DNA of 43,563 nucleotides from a virus. The stretch lies in UHGV virus genome UHGV-0327455, one strand, 5' to 3'. Shown here piece by piece: positions 9,216-17,059 of this stretch. The notes beneath the pieces are model-generated. The model did no database searches and had not been told where the DNA came from. It worked only from the letters and a program-made list of their open reading frames with translations. Numbering within the stretch: the stretch's first letter is position 1; each line of letters opens with the position of its first letter. Made by a program: the position numbers and the translations under genes.

Positions 9216-10382
9216 TTATTCCCTTCTTAATGCAAAATTTAAGTTATATGCTGTTCCAGGCAATTTCGTGGAAATTGTTTGAAAAATATTAAAATCAGGA
9301 ACATTTTCTATAAAATTATGGCTTTCATTAAATCCTATCCATTTGTCATTATCATATTTCATATACTCTGGTTTAAAAAGCATTACTCTATTTCCTGTTA
9401 AAATATAGCACCAATGACCATCTGATTTTTCTTCAAGTGACTTAATAAGTGAAGTCAGTCCCGTTCCACCTGTATGTTTCTTTTTTATACTCCCGGAAAT
9501 TTTATGCTGAAAAGATGCAATAGTAAAAAAATCATTTTCTGAATAATCCTTACCAAAATATTTTGAATGATTTTCTTTTGCTATTAATAAGCTTTTATAA
9601 CGCTCAGATAACTGATTTTGCAATAAAACTTTATTTTTTAAGGATTCATAAAAAAGTTTATCTGAAAAATTAACTATACAAGCATTTAAACCAAAACAGC
9701 TATTTTTAGTTTCTGTATTTAGATATTGCTTGGTAATATCTAAATCCACCAAACATTCCGACTCAGCATGTTCATTAGCATTACCGATTAACTCTACCAT
9801 TACTTCTGCTAATTCTTCACATGCAGACCTTTCAATTTCATTATTTTGTAAGAAGCATCGAATATCTGTCATCAATATAGATAGATACTCTTTTTTCTTA
9901 GATGGTTTTATAATTTTTCTATAATGATTTTGATTTATATCAAATGCAAATCTTTGTTTATAACGTTCTATTTTTTCTTCATTACCATCTAGTAATATCA
10001 GTGGCGAAAATCGTATTCCTTCTGACCATATCGTATGTTCCGCTGTAAAAAAAATTGCAATTTGTTGTTTACGTTCGGATAATAAATAATTACAAATACA
10101 CTCAAGTAAAACATACACTAGTTTATCATGAAAATAAAATCGTCCTAGATAGATCTCGATTGGAATTTTAATATTTGGATACTTATCTATTACATAATCA
10201 ATAAAATAAATAATTTGTTTTAGTTCATTTCCTGTAAATACTTCTGAACTAATTCTAAAAATAGCTTTGCCATTTTTAAAGCATATTTTATGTTTATTGA
10301 AATTATGTGAATTTTTATTATTATCAATTAATAATCTTTGATTAAGCATAATATCCCCTTTTTTCTTTTCATCATACTCCAA
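9216..10382 (-). CDS. GHKL (histidine-kinase-like) ATPase with ~200-aa N-terminal domain of unknown function; first gene of AT-rich cassette
   Basis: N-box ELIGNANEHAES and G2-box HTGGTGLTSL...ILTGNRVML are read from the translation. The ORF track starts at TTG 10382; the first ATG with an AAGGGG RBS is at 10349. GC is far below that of flanking phage genes. Confidence 0.6.
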   Translation of the reverse strand: MEYDEKKKGDIMLNQRLLIDNNKNSHNFNKHKICFKNGKAIFRISSEVFTGNELKQIIYFIDYVIDKYPNIKIPIEIYLGRFYFHDKLVYVLLECICNYLLSERKQQIAIFFTAEHTIWSEGIRFSPLILLDGNEEKIERYKQRFAFDINQNHYRKIIKPSKKKEYLSILMTDIRCFLQNNEIERSACEELAEVMVELIGNANEHAESECLVDLDITKQYLNTETKNSCFGLNACIVNFSDKLFYESLKNKVLLQNQLSERYKSLLIAKENHSKYFGKDYSENDFFTIASFQHKISGSIKKKHTGGTGLTSLIKSLEEKSDGHWCYILTGNRVMLFKPEYMKYDNDKWIGFNESHNFIENVPDFNIFQTISTKLPGTAYNLNFALRRE

Positions 10383-10397
10383 AATACGACAAAAAGG

Positions 10398-10426
10398 AAG
10401 TCCCTGCGTCTAACAGAGGCTTCCAA
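10398..10426 (-). terminator. hairpin (ggaagtccctgcgtctaacagaggcttcc) followed by T-run on minus strand, downstream of tRNA
   Basis: Imperfect 9-11 bp stem, with ttttgtcgtatttt after it on the minus strand. It could terminate the tRNA/late-regulator transcript just before the cassette. Confidence 0.35.
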
Positions 10427-10461
10427 GAAAAAGGGGAAGTACAAAATAGCAACTAAAATCA

Positions 10462-10533
10462 TCGGAACGGAAGGAATTGAACCCTCAACACGCTGTTTAA
10501 AAGCCAGCTGCTCTACCACTGAGCTACGTTCCA
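10462..10533 (-). tRNA. tRNA-Lys (anticodon UUU)
   Basis: Hand-folded cloverleaf: acceptor UGGAACG/CGUUCCG with discriminator A73; U8; D-arm GCUC-AGUGGUA-GAGC; anticodon stem GCUGG/ACAGC (G31-A39 mismatch) with loop CUUUUAA (U33, anticodon UUU, A37); variable loop 5 nt; T-arm GAGGG-UUCAAUU-CCUUC. No CCA is encoded. Confidence 0.75.
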
Positions 10534-10660
10534 AGGGGGAGGCAACAAGCTTTCACCTGCTGCCTAGTGGGGTTTGACGTAAGCCGTTGGCTGTATGCCT
10601 TTGGCTTCATGGTACACTATAGCATATTGAAAACGAAAAATGCGAAATATACGAAATAAC

Positions 10661-11095
10661 TTATTTTTCTTTCATAAAATTTGTGTATTCCATTCTTACT
10701 CCGTCTGCAGTAGCTTTTCTCCCCATTCTCACCGCCACTTCACTCCAGGTAAGTTCCTCAAAAATCTTATACCTGATAATTCGTTGCATCCTCTGTGGAA
10801 TAGTGTTTAACCATGCCTCCACATCATGTTTGATCCGTTCCGCATTCTGCAGCCGCTCTTTCAAGATTTCTTCCAGCCGATCCAGTTCATCCGGATCCTT
10901 TACTACAGGATACGCCAGTCCCTCAATGTGGAATGTCTGTGCTGTATAAGGAAACTCATGTGAAGAGCCCTTTACCGTATCCTGTACAATTTTCTTTCTG
11001 GCTTTCTTAAGCTTCAGGATTTCCTTTTTGGTATCTTCCACCTGAGCGCATGCATCTATGTATTGTACTAATATCTGCTTGTCCAATGGTATCAC
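10661..11095 (-). CDS. late gene transcriptional activator, sigma-70 region-4-like (ArpU/RinA/DUF1492 family)
   Basis: 144 aa. The C-terminal HTH LTWSEVAVRMGRKATADGVRMEY resembles sigma region 4. It sits upstream of terS at the early/late boundary. Confidence 0.65.
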   Translation of the reverse strand: MIPLDKQILVQYIDACAQVEDTKKEILKLKKARKKIVQDTVKGSSHEFPYTAQTFHIEGLAYPVVKDPDELDRLEEILKERLQNAERIKHDVEAWLNTIPQRMQRIIRYKIFEELTWSEVAVRMGRKATADGVRMEYTNFMKEK

Positions 11096-11469
11096 CTCAT
11101 TCCTGCTCTTGGTTTGTATGTACGTTCTCCCAGAAGATATTCCTCTTCCTTCCTCTGCTGCCCCAGAAGCTGTCTCAATCGGTTTAAGGTATCCCTATTC
11201 TTCTGATCCTCAAAAAACTTCACCAGCTTCTCATCCATCTTTGCCATATCTTTATTTATCCGTCTGGTTCTCCTGCTCTGTTGAAGGCTTGCTGCGATCC
11301 GGTTCCTTTCGTTCCGATCCTTGGCAAATTCCATTTCATGAAGGAAGTCCTGGAGACGTTTGTCCTCTTCAACAACTTTATCGCAAGCATACCTGTATTC
11401 TAACGTACATTCATCGTAGTAGCTTAGAAACTCTTCCAAGGCCTGCGCTGGTGTCTTTCTCTTACTCAT
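11092..11469 (-). CDS. hypothetical protein (charged, coiled-coil-like)
   Basis: 125-aa ORF overlapping the downstream gene start by 4 nt. No recognisable motifs. Confidence 0.45.
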   Translation of the reverse strand: MSKRKTPAQALEEFLSYYDECTLEYRYACDKVVEEDKRLQDFLHEMEFAKDRNERNRIAASLQQSRRTRRINKDMAKMDEKLVKFFEDQKNRDTLNRLRQLLGQQRKEEEYLLGERTYKPRAGMR

Positions 11470-11656
11470 CTGGTACTCTCCTTAACTCCGGATCCGGGCA
11501 GAGGCTTGTCCCTGCATAAGCTGGCATCCTAGCTGACCAGGTTGTAGGCTTCGGTCCATTGATTATATCCTTATCAGCTGCGGCTATGGCACTTCGTCTT
11601 TGCAGCTGGTTTGCTTTTCTCTGGGCATCTGACTTTACTAATCCCATTCTTCGCAT
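11462..11656 (-). CDS. hypothetical small basic protein
   Basis: 64-aa ORF overlapping the next gene by 8 nt. Composition is plausible and no better-supported ORF covers the region. Confidence 0.3.
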   Translation of the reverse strand: MRRMGLVKSDAQRKANQLQRRSAIAAADKDIINGPKPTTWSARMPAYAGTSLCPDPELRRVPDE

Positions 11657-11732
11657 CCTCTCCCTTCTTGCGCATGGCAGCTATCACATACTCCACATTG
11701 GGATTTACTCGTTTCCACATGGCTGGCCTCTC

Positions 11733-11942
11733 TCAATTCCAGTTTTTCCCATCTTCATATGCTGCTTTCAAATTTTCAAAATCACATGACTCCATAATAT
11801 TTGCCATTACTGCAATGGTCATTGTGTTTATTTCGTGCATAGTTTTTCCGAGTTTGATGCCATGTGGCATTACTGAACTATTACGAATTACCGCAAATAA
11901 TGCCAGTTTATATTTTTCTTCTTGTGTCATTTTATCCTCCAA
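11733..11942 (-). CDS. hypothetical protein
   Basis: 69-aa ORF in the AT-rich early/late boundary region. Confidence 0.4.
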   Translation of the reverse strand: MEDKMTQEEKYKLALFAVIRNSSVMPHGIKLGKTMHEINTMTIAVMANIMESCDFENLKAAYEDGKNWN

Positions 11943-11955
11943 ATCTTAATATCTC

Positions 11956-12102
11956 CTACAACAATAAGATATTTAAAAGCTCCAGCAATGTAATACTTAA
12001 TGCAGCTATACGGGTGCTTTTAGCCACACCAGTCTCCAAAGCAACACTAAGTGATGCTAAGCCAAATAAGATATCTAAAACCCAAACAATCAATTTTACC
12101 AT
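11956..12102 (-). CDS. small hydrophobic two-TM peptide (48 aa; MVKLIVWVLDILFGLASLSVALETGVAKSTRIAALSITLLELLNILLL)
   Basis: Own translation with an AAGGA-like RBS. Below the ORF-track size cutoff. Strongly hydrophobic. Confidence 0.3.
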   Translation of the reverse strand: MVKLIVWVLDILFGLASLSVALETGVAKSTRIAALSITLLELLNILLL

Positions 12103-12164
12103 CTTGCATTCTATCCTTTCTTTACTGACATCATGCCCTCATTCAACGAATTTTCCACTACGAT

Positions 12165-12350
12165 CTATATTTTCTTCTTCTGCGGCTCCTTTACTCCTGT
12201 CATGCATTCTCTGATATATCTATGCGGTACATCACACCCTACTGCATTCATGGCCATTTCATACTGCACAGCCTGCTTCATCAATTTATAAAAGTCTGAA
12301 AACTTCATCTGTACCCGGTCTTCGGCACCAAACGTATCTGCTAATCCCAT
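12165..12350 (-). CDS. hypothetical protein
   Basis: 61-aa ORF; no motifs recognised. Confidence 0.35.
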   Translation of the reverse strand: MGLADTFGAEDRVQMKFSDFYKLMKQAVQYEMAMNAVGCDVPHRYIRECMTGVKEPQKKKI

Positions 12351-12432
12351 TTCATTTTCCTCCGTATCTCAATTTTAATTTCTGCCAGTAACTCAACTAA
12401 TAATTCAAAAATCAACCGAAAACTCAATTGCT

Positions 12433-12948
12433 TTATTCAACTTTCTCAAATCGATCCATGTAATGATCTTGCCAGTCGGCATAGGCATCTGGCCTTTCTT
12501 CTACCTCTGCCTTGTATGGCTCTGGAAGCGGCATCCAGGCAGTTACTGTTGCCTCCAGATTCGGCCGTCCCATGCTATACCAGCCAATCTCCTTACTATA
12601 TGTTGCAAGCACAAACGCATCTATAAGCCTTATGCTTCCATCTTTTCCATTACACTGCACCAACACTTCTTCATCTTCAGATTCTGGCAGCCGTTCTGTC
12701 GCTGGAATCCACCTATGCTCTTCCTTTGAAGCGGCTAAAAGCGTCATAACCATAGCATAGTTCTTTATTAAATCCGCTATGCACTCCGGATTACCTCCTG
12801 TGTTTTCATAGTCCTTAAGTTTGCACAGCGCACCATACAGCCTTTCACTTACTTCTTTGGTGATTACCTGGCCTGCTCGCAACTGCTCCCACCTGACACC
12901 CTTCAGGCACCAGTTACCCAGCTCATCCTTTTCTGTTAATCTCTGCAT
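12433..12948 (-). CDS. DUF551-like phage protein
   Basis: 171 aa. The motif HRWIPATERLPESEDEEVLVQCNGKDG resembles the DUF551 W-I...LP...VLV core seen in many phage early proteins. Confidence 0.45.
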   Translation of the reverse strand: MQRLTEKDELGNWCLKGVRWEQLRAGQVITKEVSERLYGALCKLKDYENTGGNPECIADLIKNYAMVMTLLAASKEEHRWIPATERLPESEDEEVLVQCNGKDGSIRLIDAFVLATYSKEIGWYSMGRPNLEATVTAWMPLPEPYKAEVEERPDAYADWQDHYMDRFEKVE

Positions 12949-13387
12949 TTCCTTCCTCCATCTTCTTCAAATACCCGCATACTGTACTTGGTGCAAGCTG
13001 CAGTTCCTCAGCGATCTGCTTCATACTCCATCCAGCATTGCGAAGCGCCTTCATTTTTCCAAAATCAATCTGCTTTTTGTTTGTTGCTTCTGACTTTGGT
13101 GACTCTGGCTTTTCCTTGGTTTCCGCAGCTGTCTCTGTTGGCTTCTCTTCCACTACCTTTGGCTTTGCTACTTCTCCCAGTTCCTTCTCAGCTGGCTCTG
13201 TCTCTCTTTTTTCTTCCTCCAGCACGATCCGGAAGAACTCACAGCCAGCCAGGATCTTCTTCAATGTCAGGAACTCATAATCATCCAGGTTCTTAGGTTC
13301 CGGCACTACCGGCTGGAGCACTCCCACCATCAGCCCTCTTTTGTGCAGTTCCAGTGCCTCATCTATTGCAATTTGTTTTATGATCAT
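12923..13387 (-). CDS. HTH DNA-binding protein (C-terminal sigma-r4/resolvase-like HTH) with P/E/K-rich linker
   Basis: The C-terminus GWSMKQIAEELQLAPSTVCGYLKK is a clear HTH. The low-complexity linker is EKPTETAAETKEKPESPK. Confidence 0.5.
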   Translation of the reverse strand: MIIKQIAIDEALELHKRGLMVGVLQPVVPEPKNLDDYEFLTLKKILAGCEFFRIVLEEEKRETEPAEKELGEVAKPKVVEEKPTETAAETKEKPESPKSEATNKKQIDFGKMKALRNAGWSMKQIAEELQLAPSTVCGYLKKMEEGNAEINRKG

Positions 13388-13592
13388 TGCCCTTCTCCTT
13401 TTTATTCAACGGACACCATCTCGGTGCGGTTTTAATAGTTAATTTATCATCATGTCTTTCTGTTCTGCAGATTATAGGATGAGGCTCACATTCACTCCGT
13501 GTAAACTTGGCTTCATCATGAAGGCAGTAATAACGCCCTGGCCTTCCGTTCATGTCATAAAATTTTTTATAGCTGCAGTCTTTACAGTTCAT
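13359..13592 (-). CDS. small Cys-rich (zinc-finger-like) protein
   Basis: 77 aa containing CKDCSYKK...C, CEPHPIIC and WCP... motifs. Confidence 0.4.
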   Translation of the reverse strand: MNCKDCSYKKFYDMNGRPGRYYCLHDEAKFTRSECEPHPIICRTERHDDKLTIKTAPRWCPLNKKEKGNDHKTNCNR

Positions 13593-15322
13593 TTCTTTTC
13601 CCCTCTCTGTATCTCTTTCAGCTTTTCAATCAACGTTGTCCTGTTTGCCCGGCAGTCCCTAAAGAACTTTCCAGACTCCAGAAGATACTCCTCATTTGCT
13701 CCATACCCTTCCTTGTACCTCATGGCAACATCAGCTTTCCAGTCATAAAGCATGGAGTGATACGTCTTGATAACGAAGCTTGTCCCATCCGGAAGATCAT
13801 ACCGGTGATACCGCTCACCTGTCTCCTGGTTATCGATCCAGAGTGGCCAGGCCTCATACGCATCAATAAAGGCTGCTCTTTGATCGTTGTTTTTAAGCGG
13901 TGGAAGCTCTGGCTGCTTCGGTTTATCCTTTTTCGCTTCCATGTCTTCCAGATCACACAGCATGGAAGCCAAAGCACCTACTTCCAGTTTTTGCCTTCTT
14001 ATATGCTCATCTGATTTATCAATGCCAGGAGCTTCCAGGCATTTAGCAAGAAGCTGCTTCTTTCTCTCTAGCAGTTCTCTCAGGAGTTCTATGTCTGTAC
14101 GTTCTTTCGCTTCATTTGTGGAAGCTTCTGTATCTATTTGCGACGTCGCAATTTCTTCTCCTGTTCCCGTCACATACAGCCAACCACATCTACAATTGCA
14201 GTCTTCCTTGCATTCAGCACAGCATTTCACTCCATTAGCACCGCAGCAGTTGCAGTTTCCATACTTGCTTTTCCCAGTTATGCATGTCTTCGGCCAGCGC
14301 TGCCCTTCGGTAGCATCTACAGGTTCATCCTGCTGCTCGTTGATAATATCCGGCTCTTTCTCAAATTCCGATGACCATGGATCATACATACACAACAGCT
14401 CACTGGCAAGCTGACCATATTTAAGGTGGATTTTTTCATTTCTCACCCGCCAGTCCATTCCACCTGCAAAAGAGTGAAAATCAAAACTATATTCTGAATA
14501 ACCAACGCAATGACATCCGTACGGTGCCAGCTCCTCCTGGATCTGTTTTGCTTTCTCCCCAGTGTTCTGCCCAGTACGCATAGCTCTCATTGCCCGTTTA
14601 AAATCACCAAGCTGATATTCCTTCCAGGCTTTGATAAACTCTCGGATCGTCATACTGTCCTGAGGTTGCGATGTCGCAACCTCCGCATCTTCCTCTTCCA
14701 TCAGCTCTGCAACCGGTATTTCCTGGCTAATAGGCTTACCTGCCACCGGCCGGATCATATTTTCATCCTCTTCCACATCAAACAGCTCCGCTGTTGATGT
14801 TTCAAAGCTTCCCGTTTTCTCTTCCGGCATAACCCCCGGGATATCTTTTAACTCTGTCTGCCCCGGTATCTCTATGTAAGGTATTTCCTTCGGTCTTGCC
14901 ATGCTCCGGATCTCCCGGACCGTCATATCCGGTGTTACCTGCTCCAGCTGCTCATCACTCATGCCAAGCATCTCCTGCAGCTGGCTCTTGCTGAAGTCCT
15001 TAAACCTATCATCTATGAGCGGACTGTTCCCGCCCCTGGAAAACCTTGTGTTCCTGGTAATGTATCTGGATGTGGCAGAGGCACTGAGACCAAACCTGTC
15101 CATGGCATACTCATTGATGTTCTTATATCCTGCTTCCAGATACAGTTCATTGTCCCTGATATGTTTCAGGTAAAATCCCGTTGCGATCACACTGCGTACA
15201 GCTGACTGCAGGTTGGACCGGATAAATACCTCTGCATCTTCCAGTGATACATCCCGGTACCACTCCGTGTCTGTATGTTTTATCACTTCTGGAGTTTCCA
15301 GAACTGCTGCATTCTCTTCCAT
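13589..15322 (-). CDS. large hypothetical protein with N-terminal HTH-like region and central Cys-cluster (CNCCGANGVKCCAECKEDCNCRCGW)
   Basis: The ORF track gives 603 aa; the likely true start is ATG at 15322, after a GGGGGGAAAGGAAA RBS (578 aa). It contains two copies of the 14-bp palindrome (14138, 14666), each encoding E-[IV]-A-T-S-Q. Confidence 0.55.
   Translation of the reverse strand: MEENAAVLETPEVIKHTDTEWYRDVSLEDAEVFIRSNLQSAVRSVIATGFYLKHIRDNELYLEAGYKNINEYAMDRFGLSASATSRYITRNTRFSRGGNSPLIDDRFKDFSKSQLQEMLGMSDEQLEQVTPDMTVREIRSMARPKEIPYIEIPGQTELKDIPGVMPEEKTGSFETSTAELFDVEEDENMIRPVAGKPISQEIPVAELMEEEDAEVATSQPQDSMTIREFIKAWKEYQLGDFKRAMRAMRTGQNTGEKAKQIQEELAPYGCHCVGYSEYSFDFHSFAGGMDWRVRNEKIHLKYGQLASELLCMYDPWSSEFEKEPDIINEQQDEPVDATEGQRWPKTCITGKSKYGNCNCCGANGVKCCAECKEDCNCRCGWLYVTGTGEEIATSQIDTEASTNEAKERTDIELLRELLERKKQLLAKCLEAPGIDKSDEHIRRQKLEVGALASMLCDLEDMEAKKDKPKQPELPPLKNNDQRAAFIDAYEAWPLWIDNQETGERYHRYDLPDGTSFVIKTYHSMLYDWKADVAMRYKEGYGANEEYLLESGKFFRDCRANRTTLIEKLKEIQRGEKK
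14138..14151. repeat. palindrome TTGCGACGTCGCAA (copy 2), inside the large Cys-rich protein gene
   Basis: Exact match to copy 1. Confidence 0.9.
14666..14679. repeat. palindrome variant TTGCGATGTCGCAA (copy 3), arms extend to GAGGTTGCGA/TCGCAACCTC
   Basis: One central mismatch. In frame with copy 2 (528 bp apart, same reading frame). Confidence 0.85.
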
Positions 15323-15338
15323 TTTCCTTTCCCCCCTT

Positions 15339-15605
15339 TTATCTGCGGTCGATCCGCAGGATGAACTCCCTGTTATCCGTATCTTCCACGATAAAATCAT
15401 CTCCTGCCTTGCACAGCCTCATGTTGTCCAGCTGTGCATTGCTCATCGTGCACCAGAAGAAGCTCACACGTAAGATGCTCCTCATATAGGCTCTCCTGGC
15501 TATGATCTGGTCCTTGTCCATGATTTTTGCGTAATAGCCGCCGGCTCCCTGGTCAACTCTATGCCTTGCCAGCTCCGCCGCCTGCATTTCTTCCATCTTC
15601 TCCAT
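15339..15605 (-). CDS. hypothetical protein
   Basis: 88-aa ORF upstream of the large Cys-rich protein gene. Confidence 0.4.
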   Translation of the reverse strand: MEKMEEMQAAELARHRVDQGAGGYYAKIMDKDQIIARRAYMRSILRVSFFWCTMSNAQLDNMRLCKAGDDFIVEDTDNREFILRIDRR

Positions 15606-16146
15606 CTGTACCGTCGCCTAACTGCAGCCTTCCTGCTGCCATTCTGATCTGATCATCCAATCTCTGTCTGTTTTCCTGCCGGATCCCTGGTGGAAGCATT
15701 CCTACACGCTTCATCTCCTGGAGCTTAGGACCATAGGAGTCACGGAAAAATGCACGTTCCGCCATGATGTTCTCGCTCCTGCAGATGTTCTGCCAGCCAA
15801 TGTTCTTCACCACGCTCCTGCATGGTTCCGGCAGGCTTTCCAGGGCTTCTGCTTCCTGCATGTACCCATAAGCCCTTACCGCTTTCAAAACCATTCCCCA
15901 GGCATCATCTATGCTTAAGGCTTCCGGATGTTCTATCTGGGTGCATAACTTTCTGATCTCAGCAGCAGAAGGAAAGAAATTACTTGTAGCCATCAACTGC
16001 CTTACTGCGTTCTTGCACTGCTCATAGGGGATATCCCCGATCAGCTCATACCAGATATCCATGGATGCCGCGCTCTTTGTGATCTGGTTCCTGCCATAAT
16101 ACTCTTCCATGGTAGCTGCTAGTGTTGCAAACTCCCTCTTATCCAT
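15559..16146 (-). CDS. replication-associated protein (DnaD/replisome-organizer C-terminal-like), start revised to MDKREF
   Basis: The ORF track extends to 16389 inside the upstream gene. The internal ATG at 16146 has a GGAGGTGGGCGGAGA RBS and overlaps the upstream stop (ATGGATAA). Confidence 0.45.
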   Translation of the reverse strand: MDKREFATLAATMEEYYGRNQITKSAASMDIWYELIGDIPYEQCKNAVRQLMATSNFFPSAAEIRKLCTQIEHPEALSIDDAWGMVLKAVRAYGYMQEAEALESLPEPCRSVVKNIGWQNICRSENIMAERAFFRDSYGPKLQEMKRVGMLPPGIRQENRQRLDDQIRMAAGRLQLGDGTDGEDGRNAGGGAGKA

Positions 16147-17059
16147 TCTCCGCCCACCTCCTGAGCCGTTCTGCCTTATCATCGGTTGCTCTTGCCGCTG
16201 TCCTTCCCGACTGGGATTGCATATAAAGAGTTTCAAACTTTTCCCGAAACTTCTTGGTGCTCCGGATATTTGCTTTCCAGAACTGGTTTGTAACCGCATA
16301 TTCCAATGCAGCACGGATCTGCTCCGGTGTCCTGTGGTCAATGCGGAGCATCCTTTCAATATGGACACACCACTGGGATTTTTCTTCATCCGTTACCGGA
16401 ACTCTGGATCCTGGGAATCCTTCCAGACAGGAATGGATCAGGGTATTTACACAGATCATCTCAAAAGAATCCGGAGTAAACATGGTTGCTGCTTCTGCTG
16501 CAACGCCACTCTCTTTATTTACTTTTATTTCTTTTTCTTTACTTTTCTTTTCTTTACTTTTCTTTGTGTCATTTTTCCGAGAATTATCGTTATTTTTCCG
16601 GGAATTATCCTCATTTTTCCGGGAAGAATGAAAAGAAGGGTTCACTTTAATAAAGGGTTCCGTTTCATCCGCTTCCAAAAGCCAGAAACCCTTTATTACC
16701 ACCGGTGTCTTTTTGGCGCGTTCCTTGACTGCCAGCTGATACCGTTTCTGTATTCCGGGTGAGGTGAGGATAGTGTCCGACTTGAAAAGTGTGCTGTCCA
16801 GTAGTGACCGTTCAAGCAAGAATGTCAGCACCTGCTCTATGAACCCATCTGAGAGATTCAGGTCTGCTGCCAGGATGAACTTAAAATCATCGTTCCATTC
16901 CATGTAGTAGCCTTTTTTGTAGATCTCGCAGAGTAAATAGATATATACCGCGATCCCGTTATTGCCAAACCTGGCGCGCAGGATCCGGATCTTATTATCC
17001 GTGAAAAAATCGACATCAAGAGGAAAGTAACTAAGACCTGGCTTCTGCTGTCTTGGCAT
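16139..17059 (-). CDS. phage replisome organizer / replication initiator (DUF4373, Lin1244-like N-terminal domain)
   Basis: The N-terminus LSYFPLDVDFFTDNKIRILRARFGNNGIAVYIYLLCEIYKKGYYMEW matches DUF4373. An internal low-complexity linker (SRKNEDNSRKNNDNSRKND, KKSKEKKSKEKE) is encoded by tandem DNA repeats. Confidence 0.65.
   Translation of the reverse strand: MPRQQKPGLSYFPLDVDFFTDNKIRILRARFGNNGIAVYIYLLCEIYKKGYYMEWNDDFKFILAADLNLSDGFIEQVLTFLLERSLLDSTLFKSDTILTSPGIQKRYQLAVKERAKKTPVVIKGFWLLEADETEPFIKVNPSFHSSRKNEDNSRKNNDNSRKNDTKKSKEKKSKEKEIKVNKESGVAAEAATMFTPDSFEMICVNTLIHSCLEGFPGSRVPVTDEEKSQWCVHIERMLRIDHRTPEQIRAALEYAVTNQFWKANIRSTKKFREKFETLYMQSQSGRTAARATDDKAERLRRWAENG
16501..16630. repeat. tandem direct repeats (iteron-like): 3x ATTTTTCCG(G)GAAttATC ~20-22 bp units plus 2x TCTTTACTTTTCTTT inside the replication initiator gene
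   Basis: Read directly: catttttccgagaattatcg / ttatttttccgggaattatcc / tcatttttccgggaagaatg. The core TTCCGGGAA is palindromic. Confidence 0.6.

Noticed and set aside
10328-10577. Two ORF-track entries (10338..10577 + and 10328..10534 -) overlapping the tRNA region
   Set aside because: They lie on a convincing tRNA-Lys cloverleaf and its flanking hairpin. There is no RBS and the composition is atypical. They are artefacts of an open frame across a structured RNA gene.
16109-16762. 217-aa plus-strand ORF and 125-aa plus-strand ORF antisense to the replication genes
   Set aside because: They are fully embedded antisense to two well-supported minus-strand genes. The open frames are produced by low-complexity repeats (FFFFTFLFF-type translation), and there is no RBS.
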